This document shows, piece after piece, positions 18,875 to 29,133 of a stretch of 64,000 nucleotides of DNA. Under the pieces are notes generated by a model. It was not told the origin of the DNA and did no database searches. It saw only the letters and a list, made by a program, of their open reading frames with translations. The stretch covers positions 1-64,000 of the forward strand of contig MTMD02000010.1 of the NCBI GenBank assembly GCA_002010065.2, read 5' to 3'. Made by a program: the position numbers and the translations under genes. The stretch comes from Candidatus Pyrohabitans jungbluthii (GTDB taxonomy: Archaea > Hydrothermarchaeota > Hydrothermarchaeia > Hydrothermarchaeales > BMS3B). The first letter of the stretch is position 1, and every line of letters starts with the position of its first letter.

Positions 18875-19906
18875 TTAAATACTCAGTACTACACCTGTAA
18901 TAACCACATTCGCCAGCGCCAGAGGGAGCAAACCCTTCCAGCCGAAGCTGAGCACGTGGTCAACCTTTGTTCTCGTAAGCGTGCCGCGCACCCACATGAG
19001 GGTGAAGATTATCACGTACATCTTTGCCACAAAGATGCCCGCCTGGACTATGTACTTAATCCATCCCAGGTTTTCCACTAGCGGGGAGATTATGGGCAGA
19101 TGCCATCCGCCAAGGAAAAGGGTCACCACAAGCGCCGAGCCTACGACGAAGTGGATGTACTCAGCGAACATGAACATGGCAAACTTCATCCCGCTGTACT
19201 CCGTATGAAAGCCTGCGACGAGCTCAGACTCGCTCTCCGGCAGGTCGAATGGTATCCTGCCCATTTCCGCCACGACGGCTGCAAAGAACACTATAAACGC
19301 AAGCGGCTGGTAGAAGATGAACCATTTGGGTATTATCCCAAACCATGCCTGGGACTGCGCCGCGACTATATCCTGCGTACTTAGTGAGCCAACTATCGCC
19401 ACTATACCAATCATACTCAGCACAAGGGGTATCTCATAGCTCAGGCTTTGCGCTGCAGTTCGCATACCTCCAAGCAGAGAATATTTGTTGTTTGAGCCCC
19501 ACGCTGCCATCAGGATAGCCAAGGTCGAGAGCGACGAAACGGCGGCAATGTAAAGCACGCCAACACCTATGTCAGCGGCAATGAGCCCGCTCCCTATGCC
19601 TACCGCTGCCGCCGGCATAAGGGCGAATAGAAAAGCCGCCATCGGAGCAAGGTTGTACACCAGCTTGTCAGCCTTCTCCGGCACTATGTCCTCCTTGGTC
19701 AGGAGCTTAATCATGTCTGCGATGGGCTGAAGCAATCCGTAGGGCCCAGCACGGTTGGGGCCGTAGCGCACGTGTATGCGCGCTATAACCTTTCGCTCAA
19801 GCCAAGTGAGGAAGAGCACATTAAGGGAGAGGAATAGAATAACGGCTACCACGCCTATGAGTCCGCGTATAATGTTCATTATCAGGGGGTTTTCCACGCT
19901 CACCAT
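18875..19906 (-). CDS. nuoH: Subunit H (NuoH/FpoH)
   Basis: ERKVIAR..GPNRAGPYGLLQPIAD, RIPFDLPESESELVAGFHTEYSG. Confidence 0.97.
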   Translation of the reverse strand: MVSVENPLIMNIIRGLIGVVAVILFLSLNVLFLTWLERKVIARIHVRYGPNRAGPYGLLQPIADMIKLLTKEDIVPEKADKLVYNLAPMAAFLFALMPAAAVGIGSGLIAADIGVGVLYIAAVSSLSTLAILMAAWGSNNKYSLLGGMRTAAQSLSYEIPLVLSMIGIVAIVGSLSTQDIVAAQSQAWFGIIPKWFIFYQPLAFIVFFAAVVAEMGRIPFDLPESESELVAGFHTEYSGMKFAMFMFAEYIHFVVGSALVVTLFLGGWHLPIISPLVENLGWIKYIVQAGIFVAKMYVIIFTLMWVRGTLTRTKVDHVLSFGWKGLLPLALANVVITGVVLSI

Positions 19907-19910
19907 GGTA

Positions 19911-21566
19911 TCACCTGTCTATCTCGCCCATCACAATATCCACACTTGCAAAGTTGACTATCATGTCGGGGATTATCTCGCCAGTAGCATAGTGGGGGAA
20001 AGCAGAGAGATTGCAGAAGGCAGGGCTCCTTATCTTAACGCGGTATGGGTTGGGCGACTTGCCGTCGCTCACTATGTAGTAGGCCAGCTCGCCCTTTGGC
20101 GACTCTATGCGAGAGTAAGCCTCACCCTTGGGCGGGCGTATAACCTTGGGCACCTCGGGGGAGCGAACCTCGCCCTCAGGTAAATCGTTGAGCGCCTGCT
20201 CTATTATATTTAAACTCTCGAATATCTCGCGGAAGCGCACATTGAACCTGGCGAGGGTATCTCCCGCCTCTTCGGTTACAACCTCAAAGTCAAAGCGGTC
20301 GTATATGGAGTATGGGTCATCCTTGCGAACGTCTCGAGCTACGCCGCTGGCGCGCAGCATTGGACCTGTGACGCCGAGCTCAATTGCCAGCTCTGGCTCG
20401 AGTACGCCCACACCCTCACATCTTTTTATGAAAATCTCGTTGTTGTAGAAGTAGGTCTTGTAGTCAGCCAGGCGCTCTGGCAGAACGCGAAGGAAGTTGC
20501 GCACGTTCTCAACCCAGCCCTCAGGCACATCTTCTTTAAGACCGCCTATGCGTAGGAAGTTGTAAAGCAGGCGCTGCCCTGAAACCTGCTCCATTAAATC
20601 CAGAACCATTTCGCGCTCGCGGAAGCCGTACATCATCACCGTCCACGCACCAAGGTCTGCGCCGAAGGCGGCGATGAACATTAAATGGTTGGCGATGCGC
20701 TGCAGCTCAGAGAGAATAACGCGGAGGTACTCCGCCCGCTCAGGCACCTTCACACCAAGAAGCTCCTCCACCGCCAGCACGTATGCAAGGTTGTTGGTGA
20801 TAGAGGATATATAATCCATCCTGTCTGTTAGAGGTAAAAACTGCGGATAGGTGCGCTTCTCAGCAATCTTCTCCACGCCGCGGTGAAGGTAGCCTATCAC
20901 CGGCTCTATCTTCACCACAGTCTCGCCGCTCAGCGTGGTAACCAGCCTGCACACGCCGTGGGTAGAGGGATGCTGGGGACCTATGTTGAGCACCATGGTC
21001 TCGGTCTCGCCCTCCTCAGGCGGTGAAACCTCCACCTGAGTCTCCCACATCTCAGCCTCGCCCTCAGAGTACCAGGACATGGGCTCGGTTTTAAAGTCCT
21101 TGCGCAGGGGGTGACCCTTAAAGCTCTCCGGCAGTAACATGCGCTTCAGGTTGGGGTGTCCCTTGAAAATTATACCCACCATGTCGTAAGCTTCGCGCTC
21201 ATGCCAGTCTGCAGCGCGGTAGAGAGGCACCAAACTCGCAATCTCAGGATTTTCGCGGGGAAGCTCCGCGTTTATCTGCATCAGCTCCCCTCTCGGGTAG
21301 CTCCATATGTGATAAACAGCCTCTATTCTATCCTCGTAGTCCACACCAGAGATGCAGGAAAGGTGATCAAAGCCAGAGTTCTTTAAAAACTCCGCCACAG
21401 GGTAAAGGTCCTCGCCCTTTATCCTCACCTGAAGTCTGCGTGGGCGTCTCAGCTTGGCTTCCAGAATCTTCTCCCCAAACTTTGACTTCAGCGTATCCAG
21501 AAGCTCGTGCTTAACTTCCTGCGCCTCTTCTACCTTCTCCTCTTTCGCTGGTTTCTCCTCTGCCAT
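19911..21566 (-). CDS. nuoCD: Fused subunit C/D (NuoCD/FpoCD)
   Basis: EREAYDMVG..GHPLRKDF (C) fused to NIGPQHPSTHGV, GYLHRG, DIVMGEIDR (D); no Ni-binding CxxC pairs. Confidence 0.95.
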   Translation of the reverse strand: MAEEKPAKEEKVEEAQEVKHELLDTLKSKFGEKILEAKLRRPRRLQVRIKGEDLYPVAEFLKNSGFDHLSCISGVDYEDRIEAVYHIWSYPRGELMQINAELPRENPEIASLVPLYRAADWHEREAYDMVGIIFKGHPNLKRMLLPESFKGHPLRKDFKTEPMSWYSEGEAEMWETQVEVSPPEEGETETMVLNIGPQHPSTHGVCRLVTTLSGETVVKIEPVIGYLHRGVEKIAEKRTYPQFLPLTDRMDYISSITNNLAYVLAVEELLGVKVPERAEYLRVILSELQRIANHLMFIAAFGADLGAWTVMMYGFREREMVLDLMEQVSGQRLLYNFLRIGGLKEDVPEGWVENVRNFLRVLPERLADYKTYFYNNEIFIKRCEGVGVLEPELAIELGVTGPMLRASGVARDVRKDDPYSIYDRFDFEVVTEEAGDTLARFNVRFREIFESLNIIEQALNDLPEGEVRSPEVPKVIRPPKGEAYSRIESPKGELAYYIVSDGKSPNPYRVKIRSPAFCNLSAFPHYATGEIIPDMIVNFASVDIVMGEIDR

Positions 21567-21570
21567 GGCG

Positions 21571-22041
21571 CTACCTCTTTATCTTGCCCTCTTTGATCTT
21601 TTTCTGGAGCTTTACTATCGCATCGATTAGCGTCTCAGGGCGCGGAGGACATCCGGGCACGTACACATCGACGGGAATAATCTCATCCGCACCGTTCACA
21701 ACACTGTAGCTGTCGTAGAAGGGTCCACCGCAGATCGCGCACTCGCCCATGGCGATGACATACTTGGGCTCCGGCATCTGCTCATAGAGTCTGCGCACAT
21801 TGGGCGCCATCTTCTTTGTAATGGTGCCCGCCACTATCATCAGATCCGCCTGTCTGGGCGTTGCGCGGAAGAGCATGCCAAAGCGCTCAAAGGCGTCATA
21901 GCGCGAGCAGCCGGTGGCCATCATCTCTATGGCGCAGCACGCTAAGCCAAAGGTGAGAGGCCACATCGTGTAGGGCCTCGCCTTATCGAAGACCAGACGG
22001 TCGAGCTTTGTCAATATAACGTTGGGAAGCTTTACCTCCAT
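21571..22041 (-). CDS. nuoB: Subunit B (NuoB/FpoB)
   Basis: [29 protein letters not shown]; start uncertain (22041-22074). Confidence 0.95.
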   Translation of the reverse strand: MEVKLPNVILTKLDRLVFDKARPYTMWPLTFGLACCAIEMMATGCSRYDAFERFGMLFRATPRQADLMIVAGTITKKMAPNVRRLYEQMPEPKYVIAMGECAICGGPFYDSYSVVNGADEIIPVDVYVPGCPPRPETLIDAIVKLQKKIKEGKIKR

Positions 22042-22409
22042 CCACGCATCCACTCCAGTGCACCTTTCTTCCACGCGTAGGCCAAGCCTAACGCAAGCAC
22101 GGCGATGAAGATTATCACCTCAACCGTGGCGAATAAGCCAAAGCTTCGATACGTCATCGCCCAGGGGTATAAGAACACTGTCTCGACATCGAAGATGACG
22201 AATAACAGAGCATACATGTAGTACTCCACATTGTGCTGAACCCACGCAGGACCAAAGGGTAGGACGCTGCACTCATAGGTAAGGTACTTCTGGGGCTCAG
22301 GCGTCCTGGGCTTCCGCAGCAGGCTTGCGACAAATATCGTTAAGACAGGGAATATCGCTCCCACAATCACAAATAGCGCAATGGTGATATACTGCTCGCC
22401 GACGCTCAA
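22032..22409 (-). CDS. nuoA: Subunit A (NuoA/FpoA)
   Basis: [28 protein letters not shown]; TTG start after AGGTGG. Confidence 0.95.
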   Translation of the reverse strand: MSVGEQYITIALFVIVGAIFPVLTIFVASLLRKPRTPEPQKYLTYECSVLPFGPAWVQHNVEYYMYALLFVIFDVETVFLYPWAMTYRSFGLFATVEVIIFIAVLALGLAYAWKKGALEWMRGWR

Positions 22410-22562
22410 GGTACCACCTTTCCGACTTTAAAGAATCAACAACCGCACTATATAATTACCAAGTGGTATAAAAATTTTTCCACCATCATAGTTTAAAGTT
22501 TATCAAACACCTTATTCTTTTCAGACGGATTCATATAATTTAAAATAATATTTAAAAAAATT

Positions 22563-23033
22563 TTAAAAAATTTTAACCATCCTCAACCACTTTCCAACCA
22601 CGTCCTTAGCTTGAAAGCCCAGACTCTCGTAGAACCTCTTTGCTGAGCGATTCTTCACCCCAACCCAGAGCTCAGCCACACTTCTACCCCTTCCCTTCAG
22701 GTATTCCAGCGCCTTTTCCATCAGCCGTCTTGCGACCCCCATGCGCCTGTATTCAGGAAGCACCACCAGCTCGTGTATCGCACCCACCTCTTCCTTTGCA
22801 TAGTCGCTAAGCCAGCGGGAGTCGCTGCATATGAAACCTACAACCTGCCCGGAAACCTCTGCCACAAAAACTCCTGCGCTATCGCGGGTAATCAGCCAGT
22901 GGAAGTACGCCTTTATCCTCCTGCGGGTGGTGTACGCATAGTCCTCTAAACCTTTGTACGCCCTTGTGTACACATCCAGAAATGCAGGAAGGTCTTCTCT
23001 TCTTGCACGGCGTATCTTTATCTCCATGCTCAT
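22563..23033 (-). CDS. GNAT-family N-acetyltransferase
   Basis: IRRARREDL, VVLPEYRRMGVA (motif A), N..AKRFYESLGF. Confidence 0.9.
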   Translation of the reverse strand: MSMEIKIRRARREDLPAFLDVYTRAYKGLEDYAYTTRRRIKAYFHWLITRDSAGVFVAEVSGQVVGFICSDSRWLSDYAKEEVGAIHELVVLPEYRRMGVARRLMEKALEYLKGRGRSVAELWVGVKNRSAKRFYESLGFQAKDVVGKWLRMVKIF

Positions 23034-23064
23034 CTTTTTATTTCTAAAGTATATATGTAACCTA

Positions 23065-24045
23065 ATGATTGAAAAGGTCGCTGAACTGCTTCGGGAGCTG
23101 GTTGATATAGCCTCTCCTCCCGGAGAGGAGAATAAGCTGGCAGGACATATTGAGGAGAAGTTTGATAAGCTTGGCTACGAAGCCGAGCGCTTTCAGGGTA
23201 ACCTGCTCCTGAATCCGGAGGCAGACTTCTGGGTAGCGACACACCTCGATGCCCTCACTGTGAGCAGCGAATTTCGCATCTCTCGCGGCTATGCCTTCGG
23301 TCCCGGTGTATGCGATGCCAAGGCAGGCATTGCAGCGATGCTGCTCGCGCTTGAGCGCATCGCAGAGCTTAAGCTTGGTTTTGCCCTGTTTGTGGAGGAG
23401 GAAACCACAGGCAAAGGCTCAGCGCTCATCGCAGAGCACTACTCCCCGCGACGCTGCGTTGTGCTTGAACCCACCTCGCTGCGCATCGCGAGGGAGCAGT
23501 ATGGAAGTATTGAGCTGGCTTTCAGCATTACCGGAAAAGCGGCACATGCTGCAGTACCAGAGCGGGGGGTTAATGCAGTAGAACGCGCCTTCGCACTGCT
23601 CGAAGAGTTGAGAAAGCTCCCTGCGAATGTGAGCATTTTGAAGATCGCTGGAGGGAACGACATCTACGCAATACCCGAGAGCTGCAACATGGTGGTGGAC
23701 ATAATATTCCCTCCCGGGGTTAGCCTGAAGGAGGTGCGCAGCGCAGCCCTCAGGATTGGCAGAGCCTATGGAAGCGTTGAGGTGGTGGAGGAAGAAGAGG
23801 CTTTTAACTTAGACGGTGAAGCTGCAGGGCTTCTGGAAGAAGCTCTAAAGCGGATGAAAATAGAACCACGAACCTCAGCCATGCCCTCGTGGTGTGATGC
23901 CTCAAATCTCAAAAAGGCTGGCTGGGATGTTGTGGTTTTTGGACCAGGAGAGCTTGCGCCCTGCCATACGCAGCGCGAGAGGGTTAGCCTCCGCGAGGTT
24001 CTTCTAACTTCACGGGTTATTGAGGAGCTGAATGCGCTGGTGTAG
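23065..24045 (+). CDS. M20-family metallopeptidase/deacetylase (ArgE/DapE/LysK-like)
   Basis: THLD, GPGVCDAKAG, EEE, EP, GKAAHA, FGPG..CHT. Confidence 0.88.
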   Translation: MIEKVAELLRELVDIASPPGEENKLAGHIEEKFDKLGYEAERFQGNLLLNPEADFWVATHLDALTVSSEFRISRGYAFGPGVCDAKAGIAAMLLALERIAELKLGFALFVEEETTGKGSALIAEHYSPRRCVVLEPTSLRIAREQYGSIELAFSITGKAAHAAVPERGVNAVERAFALLEELRKLPANVSILKIAGGNDIYAIPESCNMVVDIIFPPGVSLKEVRSAALRIGRAYGSVEVVEEEEAFNLDGEAAGLLEEALKRMKIEPRTSAMPSWCDASNLKKAGWDVVVFGPGELAPCHTQRERVSLREVLLTSRVIEELNALV

Positions 24046-24077
24046 GTGCTTAAAAATCTTTTTACACGTGGCTTCGC

Positions 24078-25856
24078 ATGCTGAGCACGGGTGAGCGCTT
24101 GAGGATCGCGGTTATAGACTACTCTCGCTGCCAGCCCAAGAAGTGTTCTCTGGAGTGCATAAAGTTCTGCCCCGGCGTGCGCATGGGCGATGAGACAATT
24201 GTTATGGACGAAGCCAGGGGCAAGCCTGCGATTTCAGAACTCCTGTGCACGGGCTGTGGAATCTGCGTTAAGAAGTGTCCCTTTGAGGCAATAACAATAG
24301 TTAACCTCCCCGACGAGCTGGACCGCGACAAGGTGCACCAGTACGGGGAGAACGGTTTCCGCGTTTTTCGACTGCCCTACCCGAAGGAGGGTGCGGTTAC
24401 AGGCCTAATTGGCGAGAACGGCATCGGCAAGACCACAATCCTGAAAATCCTGGCGGGCGAACTCGTGCCCAACTTCGGCGAGGATAGTGCTGATAAACAG
24501 CGCGTGCTTGAGCACTTCGCGGGCACGCAGCTTCACGACTACTTCAAAGCGCTCTACGCCGGAGAAATTAAGCCTGTGCACAAACCCCAGTACGTGGATG
24601 CTCTGCCCAAGGTGGTTCGCGGAGAAGTTCGCGAGCTTCTGGAGAGCATAGACGAGCGGGGCGAAATGCGCGAGATGGTGGAAAAGCTTGAGCTGACCCA
24701 TGCACTGGATAGGGAGCTTTCCCAGCTCAGCGGGGGCGAGCTCCAGCGCGTGGCAATAGCGGCGGCGCTTCTTCGCGAGGGCGATGTGTACATCTTCGAC
24801 GAGCCCTCGAGCTACCTCGACGTTGCCCAGCGCCTCAAGGTGGGCAGGGTTATACGCGAGCTGGCACAGGAGAAGCGCGTTATTCTGGTGGAACATGATT
24901 TGGTTGTTCTCGATTACCTCGCCGACTATGTGCACGTGCTCTACGGTAAAGCGGGAGCCTATGGTATCGTCTCCCACCCGCGCAGCGTTCGGCAGGGAAT
25001 AAACGTATACTTAAACGGCTACCTGCGCGAGGAGAATGTTAGAATAAGAAGCGAGCCTGTGAGATTTGAGGTTAAGCCACCAATAGTTGCCAGGGAGGAG
25101 AACCTGCTGCTGAGCTTCTCAAAGCTGAGCAAGAGCTACGATGGCTTTAAGCTTGAGGTGGAGGGTGGCGAGTTCTACCGCGGCGAGGTTGTAGGCGTAC
25201 TCGGACCAAACGCCACCGGAAAGACCACCTTTGTGAAGATGCTCGCGGGCGTAATTGAGCCCGACGAGGGTGAGGTGAGCACCTCCGCAAAAGTGGCGTA
25301 CAAGCCCCAGTACATTAAACCAGAGTTCTCTGGAACAGTGCTTGAAGCTCTTGCCAGAGTTGCGACGCTGGGCGATGCCTTTTTCGAGAATGAAATTGCA
25401 AGACCCCTGGACTTAAAATCTCTCTACGACCGCAAGGTGAAGGAGCTGAGCGGAGGCGAACTTCAGCGCGTGGCAATAGCGCTGTGCCTGGCAAGGGAAG
25501 CTGAGGTGTACCTTCTCGATGAACCCAGCGCTTACCTGGATGTGGAGCAGCGCCTCAGAGTGGCGAGGATGATCCGCCGCGTAATGGAGAAGCGCGAAGC
25601 TCTCGGTATAGTGGTGGACCACGACATCCTCTTCATAGACTACATCTCAGACCGCGCTATGGTCTTTGCTGGCGAGCCCGGCAGGCGGGGCGAGGCAACG
25701 GCACCGCTCGAGATGCGCTCAGCTATGAACACCTTCCTGAGCGGGATGGACATAACCTTCAGGCGCGACCCGGAGACAGGGAGACCCCGTGCGAATAAGC
25801 CAGGGAGCGTTAAGGATCGCGAGCAGAAGGCGAAGGGAGAGTACTACTACCTGTAG
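24078..25856 (+). CDS. rli: Ribosome recycling ATPase ABCE1 (RLI)
   Basis: N-terminal CQPKKC..CP and [12 protein letters not shown] Fe-S domain; two ABC domains with LSGGELQR; [15 protein letters not shown]. Confidence 0.97.
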   Translation: MLSTGERLRIAVIDYSRCQPKKCSLECIKFCPGVRMGDETIVMDEARGKPAISELLCTGCGICVKKCPFEAITIVNLPDELDRDKVHQYGENGFRVFRLPYPKEGAVTGLIGENGIGKTTILKILAGELVPNFGEDSADKQRVLEHFAGTQLHDYFKALYAGEIKPVHKPQYVDALPKVVRGEVRELLESIDERGEMREMVEKLELTHALDRELSQLSGGELQRVAIAAALLREGDVYIFDEPSSYLDVAQRLKVGRVIRELAQEKRVILVEHDLVVLDYLADYVHVLYGKAGAYGIVSHPRSVRQGINVYLNGYLREENVRIRSEPVRFEVKPPIVAREENLLLSFSKLSKSYDGFKLEVEGGEFYRGEVVGVLGPNATGKTTFVKMLAGVIEPDEGEVSTSAKVAYKPQYIKPEFSGTVLEALARVATLGDAFFENEIARPLDLKSLYDRKVKELSGGELQRVAIALCLAREAEVYLLDEPSAYLDVEQRLRVARMIRRVMEKREALGIVVDHDILFIDYISDRAMVFAGEPGRRGEATAPLEMRSAMNTFLSGMDITFRRDPETGRPRANKPGSVKDREQKAKGEYYYL

Positions 25857-25980
25857 CTTGAGCCCAAAACCGCAAAGTATATAAATCACACCGCAAGAGA
25901 GGGGATGACCTCAGGTGCCTCCGCAACTCCTGGGCAGAATGGAAAATATTAAATATACCCGCGATAACTGTTGAATTCTG

Positions 25981-26283
25981 GTGGTTATATTGACTGGTGA
26001 TAATTGGACTGATGAAGAGGAAAGTGTGTTTCACAAAAAACTGAAGATAAAACTGAAGGAGAAGGGCAAAGAGGGAAGAATTCTGTTCCTTAAGGATTAT
26101 CTGGATTATCTCCTGAGGAACGACAGACCTCTGCCGCCCGACTTTCCCACTTTTGCAAGGGAGATTATGGGTCTCGACGACAGAAAGGGGTTTATCCACA
26201 TACGGATATGGCACGAGAGGAGCGAACTCGTGGAGTTCGCCCAGGCGATGGGATACGAGTACAGGATAGACCACTATGACTGA
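25981..26283 (+). CDS. Hypothetical protein overlapping the fae-hps start
   Basis: 100-aa ORF with coding-like composition; stop overlaps next ATG; no recognisable motif. Confidence 0.55.
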   Translation: MVILTGDNWTDEEESVFHKKLKIKLKEKGKEGRILFLKDYLDYLLRNDRPLPPDFPTFAREIMGLDDRKGFIHIRIWHERSELVEFAQAMGYEYRIDHYD

Positions 26284-27472
26284 AGAGGATTTTCTTGTGG
26301 GAGAGGCTCTCGTTGGAGAGGAGCCTGAAATAGCGCATATAGATTTGATTGTGGGCAAGAAGAGTGGGCCCGCCGGCATGGCATTCGCAAACTCCTTCGC
26401 CCAGCCGAGGGCAGGGCATACGCCGATACTTGGAGTTATCCGCCCCAATCTTCCCGCGAAGCCGGCGACGCTCATAGTGCCCAAGGTGACTATCAGAAAC
26501 CTCGAAGATGCGGAGAAGATGTTCGGCCCGGCGCAGAGCGCCGTTGCCAAGGCAGTGGCTGACGCCGTAGAGGAGGGAATTATTCCCAGAGCGCAGGCGG
26601 AGGAGCTTGTGGTTATAGTTTCAGTGTTCATCCATCCCAGAGGCAGGGACTACCAGCGCATCTACCGATACAACTACGCAGCAACGAAGCTTGCACTCCG
26701 CAGAGCGATGAGCAAATTCCCGTGTATAGATAAAGTTTTAGAGGAGAAGGATAAGTCTATGCATGCTATGATAGGATTTAGAATAAACAATCTGAAGAAG
26801 CCCCCATACCTGGAGGTGGCTCTGGACATTCCGGACTGGCGCAGGGTGGAAGGGATTATCAGAGCATTACCGAGGAGCGACGCGATTATAATCGAGGCAG
26901 GCACGCCCCTGATAAAACGCTATGGCGTGGAGGTGGTGCAGAAGATCCACCAGCTTAGGCCGGAGACCGTCGTGGTGGCTGACCTTAAGACCCTGGACAC
27001 AGGTAACTTAGAGGCGAGGATGGCGGGCGATGCCACGGCTGACGTGATAGGTTTCTCAGGCCTTGCCCCGCTCAAAACCATGGAGAAGTTCATAGAGGAG
27101 TGCAAGAAGGTTGGAGCACTCTCGCTGATGGACACCCTCAACGTTCCCGACCCCGTGGAGGTGCTCAAAAAGCTGAAGGTTAAGCCGGACATAGTGGAGC
27201 TTCACAGAGCCATAGACGTGGAGCAGACGCAGGAGTCTGAGTGGGGCAACATCCAGGAGATAAAGAGGGTGTGCGACAACAAGGTTCTCGTAGCAGTGGC
27301 CGGCGGGATAAGAGTGGACAAAGTACCAGAGGCACTAAAGGCAGGCGCTGATATCCTCGTCGTCGGTCGTGCGATTACCGCAGCCAAGGACGTTACAGGC
27401 GCTGCGAGGGCATTCCTCCAGAAGATGGGCGTTGAGGAAGTGGATCAGTTCAGAATAATGACGGACTTTTAG
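26276..27472 (+). CDS. fae-hps: Bifunctional formaldehyde-activating enzyme / 3-hexulose-6-phosphate synthase
   Basis: GEALVG..EIAHIDL..FIHP..YNYAAT (Fae) fused to [44 protein letters not shown] (Hps). Confidence 0.96.
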   Translation: MTEEDFLVGEALVGEEPEIAHIDLIVGKKSGPAGMAFANSFAQPRAGHTPILGVIRPNLPAKPATLIVPKVTIRNLEDAEKMFGPAQSAVAKAVADAVEEGIIPRAQAEELVVIVSVFIHPRGRDYQRIYRYNYAATKLALRRAMSKFPCIDKVLEEKDKSMHAMIGFRINNLKKPPYLEVALDIPDWRRVEGIIRALPRSDAIIIEAGTPLIKRYGVEVVQKIHQLRPETVVVADLKTLDTGNLEARMAGDATADVIGFSGLAPLKTMEKFIEECKKVGALSLMDTLNVPDPVEVLKKLKVKPDIVELHRAIDVEQTQESEWGNIQEIKRVCDNKVLVAVAGGIRVDKVPEALKAGADILVVGRAITAAKDVTGAARAFLQKMGVEEVDQFRIMTDF

Positions 27473-27505
27473 CTGAGAAAATCAGATTTAAAGTAAAAAG
27501 AGAGC

Positions 27506-27631
27506 TCACCAGTAGGTTTTGAGAAGGTCGTCCTCGGTGAGCTTTCTGACCTTGCGCGGGTCATACACCTGCGCAGCCTCGCCATCGCCTCCGTAACCAT
27601 GAGTTCCGCAGTTGCCAGTGCACATTCCCAT
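27506..27631 (-). CDS. Unannotated 41-aa Cys/His small protein MGMCTGNCGTHGYGGDGEAAQVYDPRKVRKLTEDDLLKTYW
   Basis: SD GGGGTGA 5 nt before ATG; AT-rich upstream region; codons like those of neighbouring genes; T-tract downstream on the minus strand; below the ORF-track cutoff. Confidence 0.65.
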   Translation of the reverse strand: MGMCTGNCGTHGYGGDGEAAQVYDPRKVRKLTEDDLLKTYW

Positions 27632-27712
27632 TTTTTCACCCCTGGTTATTTTAACCTGTGGTTAGAATACTAACATTGCAAATATTTTTACAAGGCAAAA
27701 AAAGAGGCGTGT

Positions 27713-28456
27713 TTATGCTCCCACTTTCTCCAGAACTCTGGCGAGGGTTGCTTTTATTTCGTCTATTTCTTCGTAAATCCTTGCAATATCGCTGGCAAGA
27801 TGGTCTTTAAAAGCTTCTCTGTTCTTTTCTCCCTCCTCTTTAATCGCGCGAATGGTCTCATCCTGCTTGTTGAGCATTGCCGAAGTATCTTCTTTTACTG
27901 ATTTTATGGTTTGGATAGTCTCATCCTGCTTTTGAAGCATTGCTGACGTGTCCTCTTTTACGGATTTTATGGCTTTGATAGTTTCGTCCTGCTTTTCAAG
28001 CATCATCGTTGTGTCTTCCTTAACAGACTTTATAGCTTCGATAGTTTCGTCCTGCTTCGTGAGCATCGCCGTTGTGTCTTCTTTCACAGATTTTATTGCT
28101 TCGGTAGTTTCATCCTGCTTCTTAAGCATCTTACCCCCATAGGTAGCAATTTTAGAGAGCTGCATCGCCGTGAGGTAGCGGTAGTAGTTTTCCGTTTTCA
28201 TAACGTTCCCCGAGTAATCTTCACTCTCTACTTTCTCCACTTGGCTGTTCTCCGGGAACTTCGAAGAGACGATTTCAAGAAAGGCGTTGACCTTCTCTTC
28301 AGAAGAATCAATTAGAGTAAAAACAGCCTGCCTGCCGTTGATGTAGGTGTTGTCGGCAAAAAAGCGCTCTATTTCAAGAGACTCTGCTATGCCAAGGAGA
28401 AAGGGGCGGTAGCCAACGTCGTGGACACTGCCGATAATCGTTATTTTCTTCTTCAT
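27713..28456 (-). CDS. Acylphosphatase-like domain fused to a tandem-repeat coiled coil
   Basis: ITIIGSVHDVGYR..ADN acylphosphatase-like N-terminus; 21-aa repeats. Confidence 0.85.
   Translation of the reverse strand: MKKKITIIGSVHDVGYRPFLLGIAESLEIERFFADNTYINGRQAVFTLIDSSEEKVNAFLEIVSSKFPENSQVEKVESEDYSGNVMKTENYYRYLTAMQLSKIATYGGKMLKKQDETTEAIKSVKEDTTAMLTKQDETIEAIKSVKEDTTMMLEKQDETIKAIKSVKEDTSAMLQKQDETIQTIKSVKEDTSAMLNKQDETIRAIKEEGEKNREAFKDHLASDIARIYEEIDEIKATLARVLEKVGA
27839..28129 (-). repeat. About 4.6 x 63-bp coding tandem repeat (MLxKQDETIxAIKSVKEDTxA)
   Basis: Visible in both translation and DNA. Confidence 0.92.
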
Positions 28457-28629
28457 AATAAATGGATTCCAGAGGCGCCTTATATATAATTTTCCTGTGG
28501 GCAGGTTCTTGCACAACCTCAATCGCTTATCTATAAGTACATTTTTTAATAGCATTTATTTACCTTAAGGCGTTTATAGTTGTTAATTATTCAAAATCGA
28601 GGGTGAGTTGGAGGAAGGGCAAATGTCAG

Positions 28630-29055
28630 ATGAAAAAATTAATTGAGATAGAATTATATAAGGAAATATTGAGCTTTCGAAAACATAACGACACAATTTT
28701 GATGTCTGAAGCTTCAATACTAACAGCTTTAACTTCTGGGTTAATTTATGCTTACGGAACGTATGCAGGCAGCATAATAAGTGCATATATCGCAATAGTA
28801 GGTATTGCTTCTTCTATATGTTTCCTGCTTTTAATGCGGCAGATGGTACTTGGTGCCGAGGCAAGAGATAAAATAGCAAAAGATATTGAGAAAAAGTTAG
28901 GATTTAAACACATTAATTATGTTAAGTTTTATATGAAATTCTGCCGATGGAGCGTTAAAGCAAGGCATATCATAATTGGCTATGGAATATTCCTTATGAT
29001 TTTATGGTTATCTTTGTTTACTGCTGCTTTAGATTATCTAATTGCTAGTTGTTAA
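28630..29055 (+). CDS. Hypothetical 3-TM membrane protein (AT-rich island)
   Basis: Helical N-terminus, 2 TM, charged helix KDIEKKLG, third TM; start ambiguous. Confidence 0.7.
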   Translation: MKKLIEIELYKEILSFRKHNDTILMSEASILTALTSGLIYAYGTYAGSIISAYIAIVGIASSICFLLLMRQMVLGAEARDKIAKDIEKKLGFKHINYVKFYMKFCRWSVKARHIIIGYGIFLMILWLSLFTAALDYLIASC

Positions 29056-29133
29056 ATTACGAAACGTTTAAATATAAGATTTTCAATTATCTAAATAAAT
29101 TTCCATCCAAGCACATTCGTGTTGGAGATTGAA

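Noticed and set aside
19911-21566. Possible group 4 energy-converting hydrogenase large subunit
   Set aside because: No N- or C-terminal CxxC Ni ligands; it ends DIVMGEIDR and has complex I quinone-site motifs
25880-25940. TATA box followed by a possible small structured RNA (GAGG-GGATGA-CCTC)
   Set aside because: No complete C/D or H/ACA box set and only short stems
27839-28129. Regularly spaced repeats as a CRISPR array
   Set aside because: Contiguous 63-bp in-frame coding repeats with synonymous variation, no unique spacers and no cas genes
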